Of a DNA stretch of 64,000 nucleotides, positions 7,901 to 19,100 are shown one piece after another. A model generated the notes under the pieces. The model did no database searches. It was given only the letters and a program-made list of their open reading frames with translations, and was not told the origin of the DNA. The first letter of the stretch is position 1. Each line of letters begins with the position of its first letter. The translations under genes and the position numbers were made by a program. Source of the DNA: a virus (lineage: Duplodnaviria > Caudoviricetes); IMG/VR virus record IMGVR_UViG_3300017917_004426, positions 566 through 64,565 of that record; one strand, 5' to 3'.

Positions 7901-9725
7901 TTCGTTTGCAGTGAACTATGCCAACGGCAATCCAGTAACATTAAGTGGCAGTTACGGTGATTCAAATGTTGTATCATTGATGGGGGCATTTGGTAGCAAC
8001 GCCATATCCACCACAGGTAATGTGTCGGCCAATAATTTGATTGCTACAGGTAACGCCAATGTGCTGACCCTGACCACTCGCAACGGTGATTCAAACAACA
8101 GTTATGCCAGTCCACAGATCATCATGGGCTATGCTGGTACGGCAGACTACCCATCGTTCATACATACCACACACAATGCTGGAACTCCAGTAGACAACAC
8201 TATTGAATTTTGGACTAACGATGGAACTCAATTTGGCACATTCCCAGCCAATGCTGTATTGGGCCTCACAGTTACCAATGGCAACATTGAAACTGGTGGC
8301 ATACTAACTGACAACTATTATTATGCCAATGGCACACCAGTGAGTTTTGGTGGCGGCGGTAGCGGAACAGTAACCAACATTCAAGGCAATGGCGTAGTAT
8401 CTGGCCTATCACTCACAGGCAATGTGTCAACCACAGGCAATTTGACATTAGGTGGCACATTAAATCTCTCCAATGTGTCTGGCAATATCACAACAACTGG
8501 CAATATCACCAGTGGCAACATCATTGCCACGGCTAATGTGTTGGGCAATGGTTACGCAAGATTTGCTGGAACTTTTGATGAGTCACAGGCTGCAACCGCA
8601 GGCTTATATTTAGGTTATGCGGGCGGCACTCCTAGAATGATGTTTGGCACAGGCAACACACTACAAACATTTGAAATTGACAATGACGGCGGAAATCTGC
8701 GATTTTACCAACCCGGCGTAACCAAGGCCACACTAAATTCAAACGGTAATTTCTCGGCAGTAGGTAACATCACCGGTAATTATATTCTTGGTAATGGTAG
8801 CCAACTGACTGGATTACCAGCCACATATGGCAACTCAAATGTCACAACCTTGTTAGGAGCCTTGGGCAGTAATAACATTTCTACCACAGGCACAGTGTCA
8901 ACTGGTAACATCACAGGTGGCAATGTGTTAACAGGTGGCCTGGTATCTGCCACAGCCAATGTCACTGGCGGTAACATTTTGACAGGCGGATTGATCAGTG
9001 CCGCAGGCAATGTCACAGCACAAAATTTTATTGGTAACATTTCTATCACTGGCAATGTCACAGGTACAAGTGCCAATGTCACACTAGTTGCCGGTAGTTA
9101 TTCAACGGTTGTCAGTAACGATGGTAATGTTACAGCACCATCAACAGGTTATTTGCAGGGCGGAACATTAAAATCAACCAATTCAACTGGCAATGAAGGC
9201 GGCGAGTTACAATTGGCCTTGGCACCAAACGCCACTATATCTGGTAGCACTGTCAGTTTTGATAGCTATGTAAACAGAGTTAGAATTTTTGAAGGCGGCG
9301 GAAATGCCCGTGGCGTCTATATTGACTTGTCCAAAGCACCAGATGGTGTCGGTGGCGAATTATCTTACAAAGCCAGTGGATTTGTTGACGCAGGTGTCGA
9401 TGTTACATTAGGTAATCTACGAGCACGGATACCAACATCAGGTAATCGTAGTTTACAGGTGTCAACAGTGTCAGGCACTTACAGTATAAGTGGTAGTGAA
9501 GTATATTATGCTGGTGGTGTTGGCGGTTCTTATATTGATGGTGGAGGTCCGCTTAGTGTTACTACTACACCAACATACTTACGAGCATCAAACAGTTTTA
9601 ATGCCGCCGGTCAGGTTGACACTTGGAATATTATGGATACATCCGCTGGTCTTGCTTGGAGAATAACTTGTATCATTGGTGTTAGTTACAATAACAATAT
9701 GATCTCTATCGAACGGTTGGTCTAA
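4965..9725 (+). CDS. Long tail fibre / baseplate-attached fibre protein
   Basis: N-terminal IINVGEVANDGTGESLRDAF..VNNNF resembles T4 gp9/gp10 N-termini; recurring WxFDxxGNL and GNIT units; ATG 4965 preferred over TTG 4905 because TAAATA and AGGA lie between them. Confidence 0.8.
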   Translation: MSEPQQIINVGEVANDGTGESLRDAFNAVNNNFANVWAAGPVNSQVVISNNRISTNETNLDLVLAGNGIGTVTVASTTVPSIDAVYDLGQANRRFDEVHAVYYYGNGAYLTGINANGGSGGNVYFSQGAPDDASIGDIWIESDTGVQYLYFNDNTSNQWAEMEAYQSFSSTSANADTGNWAFTNNVIYNINGGSIDNSDLTHGPTALLSIPTNGNAITPVTVLNYYGNITLVAAASPGNTKSWTFDSSGNLTLPGNTFSVNYANGTQVNIGGGSYGNANVADFLADFGANNISTTGSVTANTFQTNGNLVIGDIGFTPGSAIINNGNSFLVFAQGVNAAASMGWAENIFAPGNLAYIDFNTNQTGNISIITGNNVGNTYQWTFDKDGTLYFPVSDTNIQQQRYGMGNLAAYLDGGWTIGEYNGTNSGTEGIRINPGIEGPADIILPADAANVPVSVNNYIGGVIVNAGNGTVQLSAGANSWLLNSDASVQFPQIYTARGDTTSGNIYGYTLVMGDGENEAIITTPNGIGGDSVRLVINPGKGADGTSGEGGDIYLWAGRGGSGDVANLIGGGSGGDIKIRGGQGMAGGEGGYIRIEAGDGDNQNSPGGYPGFIEITGGQGGNAAPGGYVRILAGTGDIIGGDANISAGTGLNGPGGNVNISSGGGATAGNVNVTSAGNTWTFDNSGNLTLPGGGIVYGNPYTPSGAPGNTITLQPAGSGTVTDQRLLIYPTAADGDHIHLTSGNLYQTELFLGSDNLYVKLANTGNVVVNANDNNGNSFQYVFGADSTITFPDSGLSIDSGYYSGNAGFVAGSGVAAVMTELYSSGNTAAQILLNRPQIDHTIQLSLYPDSADPATTWTFDDTGNLTAPGNIMANTFVSNAFNVVTAGNLSITSQYGLGFTGTILEDNGTLELLANGTGGCVIVGWDSSYGNGLGNIAAISFNQVAGGEGNVVVRTGNIAATEYNWNFDSTGNLTLPGNSFAVNYANGNPVTLSGSYGDSNVVSLMGAFGSNAISTTGNVSANNLIATGNANVLTLTTRNGDSNNSYASPQIIMGYAGTADYPSFIHTTHNAGTPVDNTIEFWTNDGTQFGTFPANAVLGLTVTNGNIETGGILTDNYYYANGTPVSFGGGGSGTVTNIQGNGVVSGLSLTGNVSTTGNLTLGGTLNLSNVSGNITTTGNITSGNIIATANVLGNGYARFAGTFDESQAATAGLYLGYAGGTPRMMFGTGNTLQTFEIDNDGGNLRFYQPGVTKATLNSNGNFSAVGNITGNYILGNGSQLTGLPATYGNSNVTTLLGALGSNNISTTGTVSTGNITGGNVLTGGLVSATANVTGGNILTGGLISAAGNVTAQNFIGNISITGNVTGTSANVTLVAGSYSTVVSNDGNVTAPSTGYLQGGTLKSTNSTGNEGGELQLALAPNATISGSTVSFDSYVNRVRIFEGGGNARGVYIDLSKAPDGVGGELSYKASGFVDAGVDVTLGNLRARIPTSGNRSLQVSTVSGTYSISGSEVYYAGGVGGSYIDGGGPLSVTTTPTYLRASNSFNAAGQVDTWNIMDTSAGLAWRITCIIGVSYNNNMISIERLV
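7003..7268 (+). repeat. Module shared with 12706-12972 (two different fibre genes)
   Basis: Both encode PGGGI.YGNP.TPSGAPGNTITLQPAGSG...LLIYPTAADGDHIHLTSGNL.QTELFLGSD..YVKLANTGN. Confidence 0.85.
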
Positions 9726-10411
9726 TGATTATTCAAGGTGTAACCCTTAATGGTGTAAGAGTTGTTGATGCTAGTATCATCACACAAAACTTGGCCATAT
9801 GGATTGATGCTAACAACAGTTCCAGTTATTCAGGCACTGGCACAGCCATAACAGATTTGTCAGGTAATGGCCGCACACAGAATTTAGTAAGTGCTACACA
9901 GTTTGTTACCCTAAGTGGCATTGAGTGTTTTGACTGCACATCGACCAATGCTATATCAGCCGCCAGTATAGGACCGGTGTTGCCTACTACGGGGTTTACC
10001 TACATTGCCTGGGCTAGAATGATTGCCAGCAGTGCAGGCTATCGCACATTGTTTAGAACTAGCCCTAACGATCATCCTTTGTTGATCAATATTGGTACCA
10101 ATACTTTAGGTATGTGGGATAACAACGGTACTAGTTTCAACTCAGCAGGTTATAATGTTGCTGGTTTGGCCAATGTGTGGGCACAGTGGGCAGTATCTGG
10201 TAGCAGTAGTGGACAAACATTTTATATCAATGGCCAACAGGTAGGAACTACTACACAATCTGCCGCAGGTAACAGTCACAACTACACAGGCAATATTCCC
10301 CCAAGCCAGCCCTTTGGTTACATAGCCAATATGTTTTTGTATACTACCATACTCACACAAGAACAAATACAGCAAAACTACTACGGACTAAAAGGGACAT
10401 TTGGCTTATGA
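9725..10411 (+). CDS. LamG/concanavalin A-like lectin-fold protein
   Basis: IWIDANNSSSYSGTG..ITDLSGNG, FYINGQQV and LTQEQIQQNY motifs. Confidence 0.75.
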   Translation: MIIQGVTLNGVRVVDASIITQNLAIWIDANNSSSYSGTGTAITDLSGNGRTQNLVSATQFVTLSGIECFDCTSTNAISAASIGPVLPTTGFTYIAWARMIASSAGYRTLFRTSPNDHPLLINIGTNTLGMWDNNGTSFNSAGYNVAGLANVWAQWAVSGSSSGQTFYINGQQVGTTTQSAAGNSHNYTGNIPPSQPFGYIANMFLYTTILTQEQIQQNYYGLKGTFGL

Positions 10412-10437
10412 TCTTTTGAGGCCTAAATCTCAAAAGA
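10412..10437 (+). promoter_or_regulatory. Intergenic hairpin
   Basis: TCTTTTGAG-GCCTAAAT-CTCAAAAGA 9-bp stem; no clear T-tail. Confidence 0.4.
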
Positions 10438-10460
10438 CCCACTGCACTAAATATTAAGAT

Positions 10461-11597
10461 ATGGCAACTACACTGAATTTTCCCACCAACCCCACGGTAA
10501 ATCAACTGTACAGCTTTGGCGGCAAAACTTGGATTTGGACTGGACAAGCCTGGCGTTTAAATCCACAGGGTGCTATAAACGGCATTGTTATCGGAAATGC
10601 TCAACCTGCTGCTGGCACTTTTACCACGCTCACAGCCAATACCCTAAATGTAACCAACGAAATTGTATATGCTAACTTGGCAGTGGGAAATCTGGCAGTA
10701 AGCAATGTCAGTGTAACAGGCAATGTAAATTCGGCATTGAATGTGCGTGGAAATGTTACAGGTACCAATGTTGTAACAGGTGGAGAAGTTGTTGCGTCAG
10801 GCAATATCAGCACACTGTCTGAGATCAGCGCATTAGGCAATATAACAACTAGTGGGTACTTTGTTGGCGATGGTAGTCAACTGTCAAATGTCACTGCTGG
10901 GTCGCAGATTGTGTCAGGCAACAGCAATGTGGCTGTTCAGGGCGCAGGCGGAAATGTTTCTGTAGGCGTTCATGGTGTTGCAAACGTAGCGGTGTTCACT
11001 CCCACAGGCGTACAAACATCCAATGTCAATGCCACAGGTGCAATTAGTGCTGTAGGCAATATTTCTGGACAGTATTTTGTTGGTAATGGCAGCCAACTTA
11101 CTGGCATTGTAACGTCTGGTGGCAGTTCAATTAATAACGGCAATAGCAATGTAACAATTGCTGGTACCAATGCCAACGTCACAGTCAGTGTTAATAACAT
11201 TGCAAATGTGGCAGTTTTTAGTCCCACACAACTCAGCGTGGCAGGCAATGTTGTGGCCAACAACTTTGTGGGCAGCGGACAAGCACTTACGGGTGTGCTG
11301 GCTGATCGTGGCAGCGACACAAATAACTGGAACACGCTGACTGAAATGGGTGTGTATACGGTAAATAGAATAAGTTGGTCAGGAACCAGTGGCACTCCGT
11401 TGGACAGCCAGGTTTTTGTAGGATTATTGGAAGTGATAAACAGCACAAACACTGCTATTACACAGGTATTTTACCCAGGTACAACACAGCCAGGAGATCA
11501 AAAAATACAGTGGAATCGCAGCAATTGGGCAGGAACATGGACCGATTGGATCAAAATTGTTAATGATTTTCAAGTGGTCACCGGTGGTGAGTTTTAA
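10461..11597 (+). CDS. Tail fibre protein with a C-terminal knob-like domain
   Basis: LNFPTNPT..QLYSFGGKTWIWTG N-terminus; GN-rich shaft; WNTLTEMGVY..GLLEV..TQVFY..WTDW C-terminus resembles pyocin-knob domains. Confidence 0.7.
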   Translation: MATTLNFPTNPTVNQLYSFGGKTWIWTGQAWRLNPQGAINGIVIGNAQPAAGTFTTLTANTLNVTNEIVYANLAVGNLAVSNVSVTGNVNSALNVRGNVTGTNVVTGGEVVASGNISTLSEISALGNITTSGYFVGDGSQLSNVTAGSQIVSGNSNVAVQGAGGNVSVGVHGVANVAVFTPTGVQTSNVNATGAISAVGNISGQYFVGNGSQLTGIVTSGGSSINNGNSNVTIAGTNANVTVSVNNIANVAVFSPTQLSVAGNVVANNFVGSGQALTGVLADRGSDTNNWNTLTEMGVYTVNRISWSGTSGTPLDSQVFVGLLEVINSTNTAITQVFYPGTTQPGDQKIQWNRSNWAGTWTDWIKIVNDFQVVTGGEF

Positions 11598-11616
11598 GGC
11601 AAAATAGGAAAATAAA

Positions 11617-14600
11617 ATGTCGAATACAATTTTAATCAAACGCTCAGGTACAGCAAACTCTGTTCCTGCCAGTGGTAATCTAGCATTAGGTGAGTTGGCA
11701 ATCAACTACCAAGACGGCAATTTATTTTACAAAGATGCCGGCGGTACAGTTCAAACCATTGCCAGCAAGCAGTTTGTGTCAGTGTCTGGCAATATTACAG
11801 GTGGCAATGTCAATGCTGCTGGATTGAGTCTTAGCGGCAATGTGCTCAGTGCAATCAACAGCACTTCAAATATTACTACTTCGGCCAACGTATCCGGCAA
11901 CTATATTTTGGGTAACGGTTATTTCTTAACTGGTGTTATCACTTCAGTTGCCAACATCAACAACGGTACATCAAATGTAACAGTTGTAAGTTCGGGAGGT
12001 AACGTCACAGTTGGAGTAGGTGGAACTGGCAACGTAGTTGTGTTTGCCTCAACTGGCCAGTATACAACTGGTTTGATCAGTGCCAATGGAAACATAACCG
12101 GCGGCAATATTTTAACTGGTGGTGTGGTCAGCGCAAGCGGCAATGTTACCGGCAACTACTTTATTGGTAATGGTAGTCAGTTAACTGGAGTTGCAGCCAG
12201 CAGTGTTGACGCAGGCAATTTGGTTGGTAACACACTTAGCCCAAATGTAATATACTCAAGTTTGACATCAGTTGGCACACTCAGCAGTTTGAGTGTAAGT
12301 GGAAACATTGACGGCGGTAATCTCAACACAGGTGGTGCAATCAGTGCAACCGGCAACATCTCTGGTGGCAACATTGTTACTACTGGACCCAATGGCAATA
12401 TTTTTGGTGCTAATGTAATCAGCGGCGTAACACTCAGTGCTTCCTCGTCTGTTGTTACAGTTGGTATCAGCGCCACAGGCACAGTGGATTTTGTTAGTTC
12501 TGGAAATATCAGTCTGGGCAACTTGGGTAATATTCATATTGGCGGCGGATCAAATGGATATTTGTTAACCACTGATGGCGCCGGTAATTTGACATGGACC
12601 GCAACTGCATCTACCACCGAAATTTACAATGGTAACAGTAATGTAACTATTCCATTTGCTAACGGCAACGTGTATATCAATGCCAATGCTGCTGTAGATC
12701 AGCAATGGAACTTTGATACCACTGGCAACTTGGCATTCCCAGGTGGTGGTATTATCTATGGTAACCCTTTCACACCAAGCGGTGCTCCGGGCAATACAAT
12801 TACTCTTCAGCCAGCCGGATCTGGAGTCACAACCACTCAGCAGTTGTTGATATACCCTACAGCAGCTGATGGTGACCACATACACTTGACCAGCGGCAAT
12901 CTGTTACAGACAGAATTGTTCTTGGGTAGCGATGATTTTTATGTAAAGTTGGCCAATACTGGTAATATTGTACTCAACAGCAGTGGCAATACTGGTCAAT
13001 GGGTATTTGACACAACTGGCAATTTGTCAGCATCGGGCAATATCATAACCACAGCCAATGTTAATGGTGCCAACTTTAATGGTAATGTTTTTGGTACTAC
13101 TGTAAGTGCAAGTGGCAATATAACAAGCGGAAATGTCAACACCAGCGGATTGAGTTTGAGCGGTAATGTGCTCAGTGACCTTAATTCAACCAGCAACATT
13201 ACCACATCAGCCAATGTAACTGCTGGAAACTTTGCAACAACAGGAGCAAGTGGAAACATCACTGGTGCTAATGTAATTTCAGCAGTGACTTTGTCGGCCA
13301 CTTCGGGTGTGCTCACAGCCAACTTGAGTTTGAGTGGCAATGTACTCAGCGATCTAAACTCAACCAGCAACATCACTACATCGGCCAATATCACAGGTGG
13401 TAATGTACTGTTTGGATCTGGTGTTGTCAGTGGTACAGGCAACATCATCAGTGGTAATTTGAATGCAGCCGGACTGAGTTTGAGTTCGAATGTTTTGTCA
13501 GAACTGAATTCCACCTCAAACATCACTACAACTGCCAACATTACAGGTGGTAATATATTAGGCGGTTCTGGTATAATTTCTACTTCTGGTAATATAACAG
13601 GTGGAAATCTAAACGCTGCTGGATTGAGCCTAAGTTCAAATGTTGTATCGGCACTGAATTCAACCAGCAACATCACCACAACTGCCAACATTTCTGGCGG
13701 CAATGTGCTGTCGACTTATTTGTCAGCCAGTGGTAATGTTGATGGGTCAAATGTCAATGTTGGCACAACATTGTATACTCCGAGCATTGTTGGTAATACT
13801 GCAATCACTATCACAACCACGGCCAATGCCAACATTAATTTGCAACCTAATGGCACTGGTAATATTGTTCTGTCTAACACTGTCATTAACGGTTTGGCAG
13901 AACCGCAGCAGAATCAAGATGCGGCCACCAAGTACTATGTTGACAATTTAGCAACAACTGGTTTTGCGTTCCACCCACCAGTTTTTGCTACCACAAACAC
14001 AGATTTGGCCACAGCCACAGGCGGCTCAATTACCTACACACAACCTAACGGTGCAGGTAATGGTATTGGTGCTGTACTGACCACAACCGGCTCATTCAAC
14101 TTAATTGACACTGCTAACATTCAAACCATTGGTACCAGAGTGTTGGTCAAGAACGAAGCCAATGCAGTATACAACGGTGTGTATACCTGGGCTAATACCA
14201 CAGCCATTGTGCGTTCCACAGATGCTGATGAGTATGGCCCAGACAGTACACAAGCATTGAGTATAAACGATTACTTCTTCACACAAAGTGGTAATGTAAA
14301 CGCTGGCGCTGCGTTTGTTGTCAGCGCACCAGCAGGTACCATTACATTTGGTACTTCAAATATCACATTCAGTCAGTTTAGCAGTACACAAGTTTACTCA
14401 GCCAATACCAATGCTGGTCTAAGCCTTACAGGCACAGTGTTCAGCGCCAAAGTTGACAACGATACCACAGCATTTGATGGCGGTGGTAATATTATTGTCA
14501 AAGCCAGTGCCAACTTGGTAACACCAAACATTGGCAATGCAACTGGTCAGACTTTGAGCGTAACAGGAACTGTAACCGGTGGCAATGTTAGTGCTGGATC

Positions 14601-15582
14601 TGGTTACATCACTACAACTGGCAATATTACTGGTGGCAATTTAATAACCGGTGGCATAATCTCAGCCACAGGCAATATTACTGGTGGCAATTTAAGCACT
14701 ACAGGATCTGGTGGTAATATCAGCGGTGCCAATGTAATCAGCGGTGTGACATTATCGGCCAGTGGTAATCTTATTGCTGGTAATATAAATGCCGCAGGAT
14801 TGAGTCTCAGCTCAAATGTTGTGAGTAACTTGAATGTTACTGCCAACATTGCAGGCGGTAATATTTCAACAGTTAGCTTGTTGACCACAAACAACTTCAG
14901 TATTACTGGTGATATAACTGGTAATTTGGTACCATCAGCTAACTTAACTTACAACCTAGGTAATGCAAGTAATCTCTGGAAAGACTTGTACCTATCAGGC
15001 AACAGTATTTTCCTGGGCACTCAAACCATCAGTTCTAATGTGTCTGGAGTCAGTGTTGGATCAGGTGATTTTGCAGCCGGTAATATAAACACCACAGGCA
15101 ACGTATCGGCCGCTGGCAATTTAATTGCTGGAAACGTAGAATTTGGTTCAGGTGTTGTAACCGGAACTGGCAATATCACTGGCGGTAATTTGTTGTTTGG
15201 AACAGGCATTGTGTCTGGCTCGGGCAATGTGATCGCGGGTAATGTGCTATTTGGCACAGGCGTTGTAAGCGGCACTGGCAATGTGCTTGGCAATAATTTT
15301 GTTGGTAATGTATTTGCCACATTTACAAGTGCTACCGGAAACGTCACAGCCGGTAATGTACTGTTTGGCTCAGGAATTGTATCTGGTTCAGGCAACATCA
15401 CTGGCGGCAATATACTTGCTGGTTCCGGTATTATTTCGACTTCTGGTGACGTTACAGGTGGAAACATTTTGTTTGGCTCAGGCATTGTGAGTGGTACTGG
15501 CAATATCACAGGAGGCAATATCTACCAAGGCATTTACCAGGTGTTAGATACAGCATCAACAGTAGATGGCGGACTGTATTAA
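11617..15582 (+). CDS. Tail fibre protein with an Mtd_N-like N-terminus
   Basis: ILIKRS...LALGELAINYQDGNLFYK N-terminus; many SGNITGGN repeats; ends VDGGLY. Confidence 0.8.
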   Translation: MSNTILIKRSGTANSVPASGNLALGELAINYQDGNLFYKDAGGTVQTIASKQFVSVSGNITGGNVNAAGLSLSGNVLSAINSTSNITTSANVSGNYILGNGYFLTGVITSVANINNGTSNVTVVSSGGNVTVGVGGTGNVVVFASTGQYTTGLISANGNITGGNILTGGVVSASGNVTGNYFIGNGSQLTGVAASSVDAGNLVGNTLSPNVIYSSLTSVGTLSSLSVSGNIDGGNLNTGGAISATGNISGGNIVTTGPNGNIFGANVISGVTLSASSSVVTVGISATGTVDFVSSGNISLGNLGNIHIGGGSNGYLLTTDGAGNLTWTATASTTEIYNGNSNVTIPFANGNVYINANAAVDQQWNFDTTGNLAFPGGGIIYGNPFTPSGAPGNTITLQPAGSGVTTTQQLLIYPTAADGDHIHLTSGNLLQTELFLGSDDFYVKLANTGNIVLNSSGNTGQWVFDTTGNLSASGNIITTANVNGANFNGNVFGTTVSASGNITSGNVNTSGLSLSGNVLSDLNSTSNITTSANVTAGNFATTGASGNITGANVISAVTLSATSGVLTANLSLSGNVLSDLNSTSNITTSANITGGNVLFGSGVVSGTGNIISGNLNAAGLSLSSNVLSELNSTSNITTTANITGGNILGGSGIISTSGNITGGNLNAAGLSLSSNVVSALNSTSNITTTANISGGNVLSTYLSASGNVDGSNVNVGTTLYTPSIVGNTAITITTTANANINLQPNGTGNIVLSNTVINGLAEPQQNQDAATKYYVDNLATTGFAFHPPVFATTNTDLATATGGSITYTQPNGAGNGIGAVLTTTGSFNLIDTANIQTIGTRVLVKNEANAVYNGVYTWANTTAIVRSTDADEYGPDSTQALSINDYFFTQSGNVNAGAAFVVSAPAGTITFGTSNITFSQFSSTQVYSANTNAGLSLTGTVFSAKVDNDTTAFDGGGNIIVKASANLVTPNIGNATGQTLSVTGTVTGGNVSAGSGYITTTGNITGGNLITGGIISATGNITGGNLSTTGSGGNISGANVISGVTLSASGNLIAGNINAAGLSLSSNVVSNLNVTANIAGGNISTVSLLTTNNFSITGDITGNLVPSANLTYNLGNASNLWKDLYLSGNSIFLGTQTISSNVSGVSVGSGDFAAGNINTTGNVSAAGNLIAGNVEFGSGVVTGTGNITGGNLLFGTGIVSGSGNVIAGNVLFGTGVVSGTGNVLGNNFVGNVFATFTSATGNVTAGNVLFGSGIVSGSGNITGGNILAGSGIISTSGDVTGGNILFGSGIVSGTGNITGGNIYQGIYQVLDTASTVDGGLY
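13930..14546 (+). repeat. Module shared with 18245-18858 (two different fibre genes)
   Basis: Both encode TTGFAFH.PV...ITYTQPNGAGNGIGA.LTTTGSFNLIDTANIQTIGTRVLVK...SAPAGTITFGTSNITF.QFSS...TPNIG. Confidence 0.85.
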
Positions 15583-15597
15583 TAGTAAATATGATCA

Positions 15598-16104
15598 ATG
15601 ACAAATACAGTACAGCTCAAACGGTCAAGTGTACCTAATTCAGTTCCTAGTGCCGGGAATTTAGTTCCGGGCGAGTTGGCCATCAACTACGCTGATGGTA
15701 ATTTATTTTACAAAAATTCCAGCAATACTGTTACAGTTATTGCCAGTAACCAGTTTGTAAGTGTCACTGGTAATGTAACTGGAAATTACATACTAGGTAA
15801 TGGTAGCCAACTTACTGGAATTAACGCTACATCGTCCCAAATATCCAATGGAACCAGCAATGTAGCAATTATTGCGGCCAATGGCAATGTTCAAGTTGCT
15901 GTGGCCAATGTGGCAAATTCAGTTGTGATGGGTGCTGGCAGTTTGTTTGTACAAGGCCCAATCTCAACGCCAAAAGTCATAAACACCCTAGCTCTTGTGC
16001 CAAATGCAGTAAATTCTGTGATGATCAGCCCCCTGACCATATCAGCAGCGGGCAACATTTTTGTGCCTACAGATTCTACACTCACAATCTTTACACCAAC
16101 ATGA
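15598..16104 (+). CDS. Short fibre-associated protein with an Mtd_N-like N-terminus
   Basis: N-terminus is a clear paralog of the 11617 ORF (LKRS...PGELAINYADGNLFYK). Confidence 0.7.
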   Translation: MTNTVQLKRSSVPNSVPSAGNLVPGELAINYADGNLFYKNSSNTVTVIASNQFVSVTGNVTGNYILGNGSQLTGINATSSQISNGTSNVAIIAANGNVQVAVANVANSVVMGAGSLFVQGPISTPKVINTLALVPNAVNSVMISPLTISAAGNIFVPTDSTLTIFTPT

Positions 16105-16132
16105 TGCTAAATATCAAATACGAGGATAAATC

Positions 16133-19100
16133 ATGGCTATTCAACTAGACGGCACAACAGGCATTTCAACAACTGGCAACATTGTTGCTGATGGCTCTCT
16201 TACAGTTGGAACTTTTGCGCCAAGTTCGTTGAGTGCTCCAGGTAACGTAACTGGAGCAAACTTAAATACTAGCGGGCAATTAAGCGTGGGTGGAAACGCC
16301 ATTGTTGCTGGTGATTTAACAGTTACTGGTAATGCTTCGTTAAGTGGTAATATTGTTGGTGACAAAATTACCAACGGTACCACATCTGTAGAAATTCAAA
16401 CTCCTAACGGTAATGCCAATATCACAATTGGCGGAACATCAAATGTGGCAGTGTTTTCTACAACTGGTGCTTTTATTACTGGTGTTGTGAGTGCAAACGG
16501 AAATATCACAGGCGGTAATATAAATGCAGCAGGTTTGAGTTTGAGTTCAAATGTTGTATCTGCATTGAATTCAACCAGCGACATCACAACCACTGCCAAT
16601 ATCTCTGGCGGCAATTTGTCAGGTACCAACATAGTTGGTACGTTGACCACTGCCAGTCAAACCAACATCACTTCAGTTGGCACACTTGGCAGTTTAAGTG
16701 TGTCTGGTAACACAACAAGTGGTAATCTTATCACCTCAGGAGTGTATAACTCTGCTGGAAACAGTTCAGTATTTTTTCAAAACAATAATACAAATTCTGC
16801 TAATGTTGTTGTGTCTCAAGCAGGCGCAAACGGCAGTATTGTTATTAGAATAGGCGAAAGCACAGTAACACCTGGTACATTTGGATTGTTTGCAAACGGA
16901 GTCATTGCAACCACCAGCAATCTTACTGGTGCAAACATTTCAACTGGTGGAGTGGTCAGTGCTTCGGGCAATATCACTGGGGGCAATTTAAATGCAGCAG
17001 GTTTGAGTTTGAGTTCAAATGTTGTGTCTGCACTCAACTCAACTTCTAATATTACTACCACCGCCAACGTTCAAGCAAATTATTTTGTTGGAACATTTGC
17101 TGGTAATATTTCAGGTAACATCACTGCTCCAGGTTCAAACACACAAGTTGTTTTCAACAATGATGGAAACGCTGCTGCATCATCAGCATTCACATTTAAT
17201 AGTACCTCCAATGTTGTCAGCGTATTTGGTAACGTAATTGGCAACAATATTTTGGCCAACAGTGTAATCAGTGCTACTGGCAATATAATTTCTAACACAG
17301 GCCTGTATGTAGGTGCTGGTGCTACCACCAGTGGATTGACCAATCCAATCATTGTGGCAGAAGCCACTGGACTTGCTTATGTTCAGGTAGCAGCAAGAAA
17401 CACAGCCAATACTGGGTCTGCTGACATGGTTACTTACGCTGACAACGGCGATGATACCAGAGCCTGGACAGACATGGGCATGGCTGGTTCAGGATTCAAT
17501 GACACCGCATATACTATAACCAATGCCAACGACGGCTATGTGTTTGTGCAAGGCAATGCTGACGGTACAGGTGGCAATTTGGTATTGGCCACAGGCAATC
17601 TTGGCAATGCGGCAGACATTGTGTTTGCCACAGGCGGTTTCCTTGATGCCAACGAAAAAATGCGTTTTATCAACGCAACTGGACAGTTTTGGATTGAAAC
17701 AGCCACAAATGCAACCAGTGCCACAAGCGGGGCTTTGAAAGTTAGTGGTGGCGCTGGCATTGCTGGCAATGCGTATGTGGGTGGATTAATTTCAGCTGCC
17801 GGTAATGTTACTGGTGGCAACTTGTCTGGTACAAGTATTACAGGATCTGTGGTTAGTGCAAGTGGTACCATTACTGGTGGTAATTTGGCCACAGGTGGCA
17901 CTGCATCAGCAGGTGGCAACATCACTGGTGCCAATATCTTAACTGGTGGATTGATTTCAGCCGCAGGCAACATTACCGGTGGTAACATTTTAGGTGGGGC
18001 GAATGTTAATGCTACATCATTAACTGGTACAACAGTAAGTGTAAGTGGCAACATTACTGGCGGTAATATCAGCAGTGTGGCTAACATCACTGGTGGCAAT
18101 GTCAACACCAACAAAATTGTTGGCACTGCACTTACATTAATATCAACTGGCGATTTAACGCTTAGTACTACCGGTAATATTAATGCCAATAACGAATATA
18201 TTAACAATGTTCCATCACCAGTTCAAGATGGCGATGCAGTCAACAAACTGTATGTTGACGGATTGGTAACAACTGGATTTGCTTTCCATCAGCCAGTTTA
18301 TGCTGCTACAAACACCACATTGGCTAGTGCCACAGGTGGTACAATTACATATACTCAACCCAATGGCGCAGGTAACGGTATTGGTGCCACACTCACAACC
18401 ACTGGATCATTCAACTTAATTGATACAGCCAATATTCAAACCATTGGTACTAGAGTATTGGTCAAAGACGAAGGCAATGCAGTGTACAATGGTGTGTATA
18501 CTTGGGCTAACTCTACAGCCATTGTTCGTTCAACTGACACTGACGAGTATGGTGCAGACAGCACCCAGGCATTGAGTCTTAATGACTACTTCTTTGTACA
18601 GAGTGGTAATGTCAACGCAGGATCAGCATACATCGTGAGTGCGCCAGCAGGTACTATTACATTTGGCACCTCAAATATTACATTTGCTCAATTCAGCAGT
18701 TCACAAGTTTACACTGCCAATACCTCAGCGGGTATTAGTCTCAATGGCACAGTGATCAACGCATTGGTTGACAACGTTACCACAGCATTTAGTAGTGGTA
18801 ATATTGTGGTTAAAACTGGTGCTCAACTCACAACACCAAACATTGGTGCAGCCACAGGTACCAGTTTGAGCACAACTGGCAACGTTACTGGTGGTAATAT
18901 TCTTACTGGTGGAATTGTAAGTGCAACAGGCAACATTACAGGAAATTACTTTTTTGGTAATGGATCCCAACTCACAGGTATTGATGCTACAAGTATTCAG
19001 AATGGCACATCAAACGTTCGAGTGGTAAGTTCAGGCGGCAACGTTGCAGTCAGCATAGGCGGTACAAGCAATGTGGCTGTGTATGCTACCACAGGTGAAT

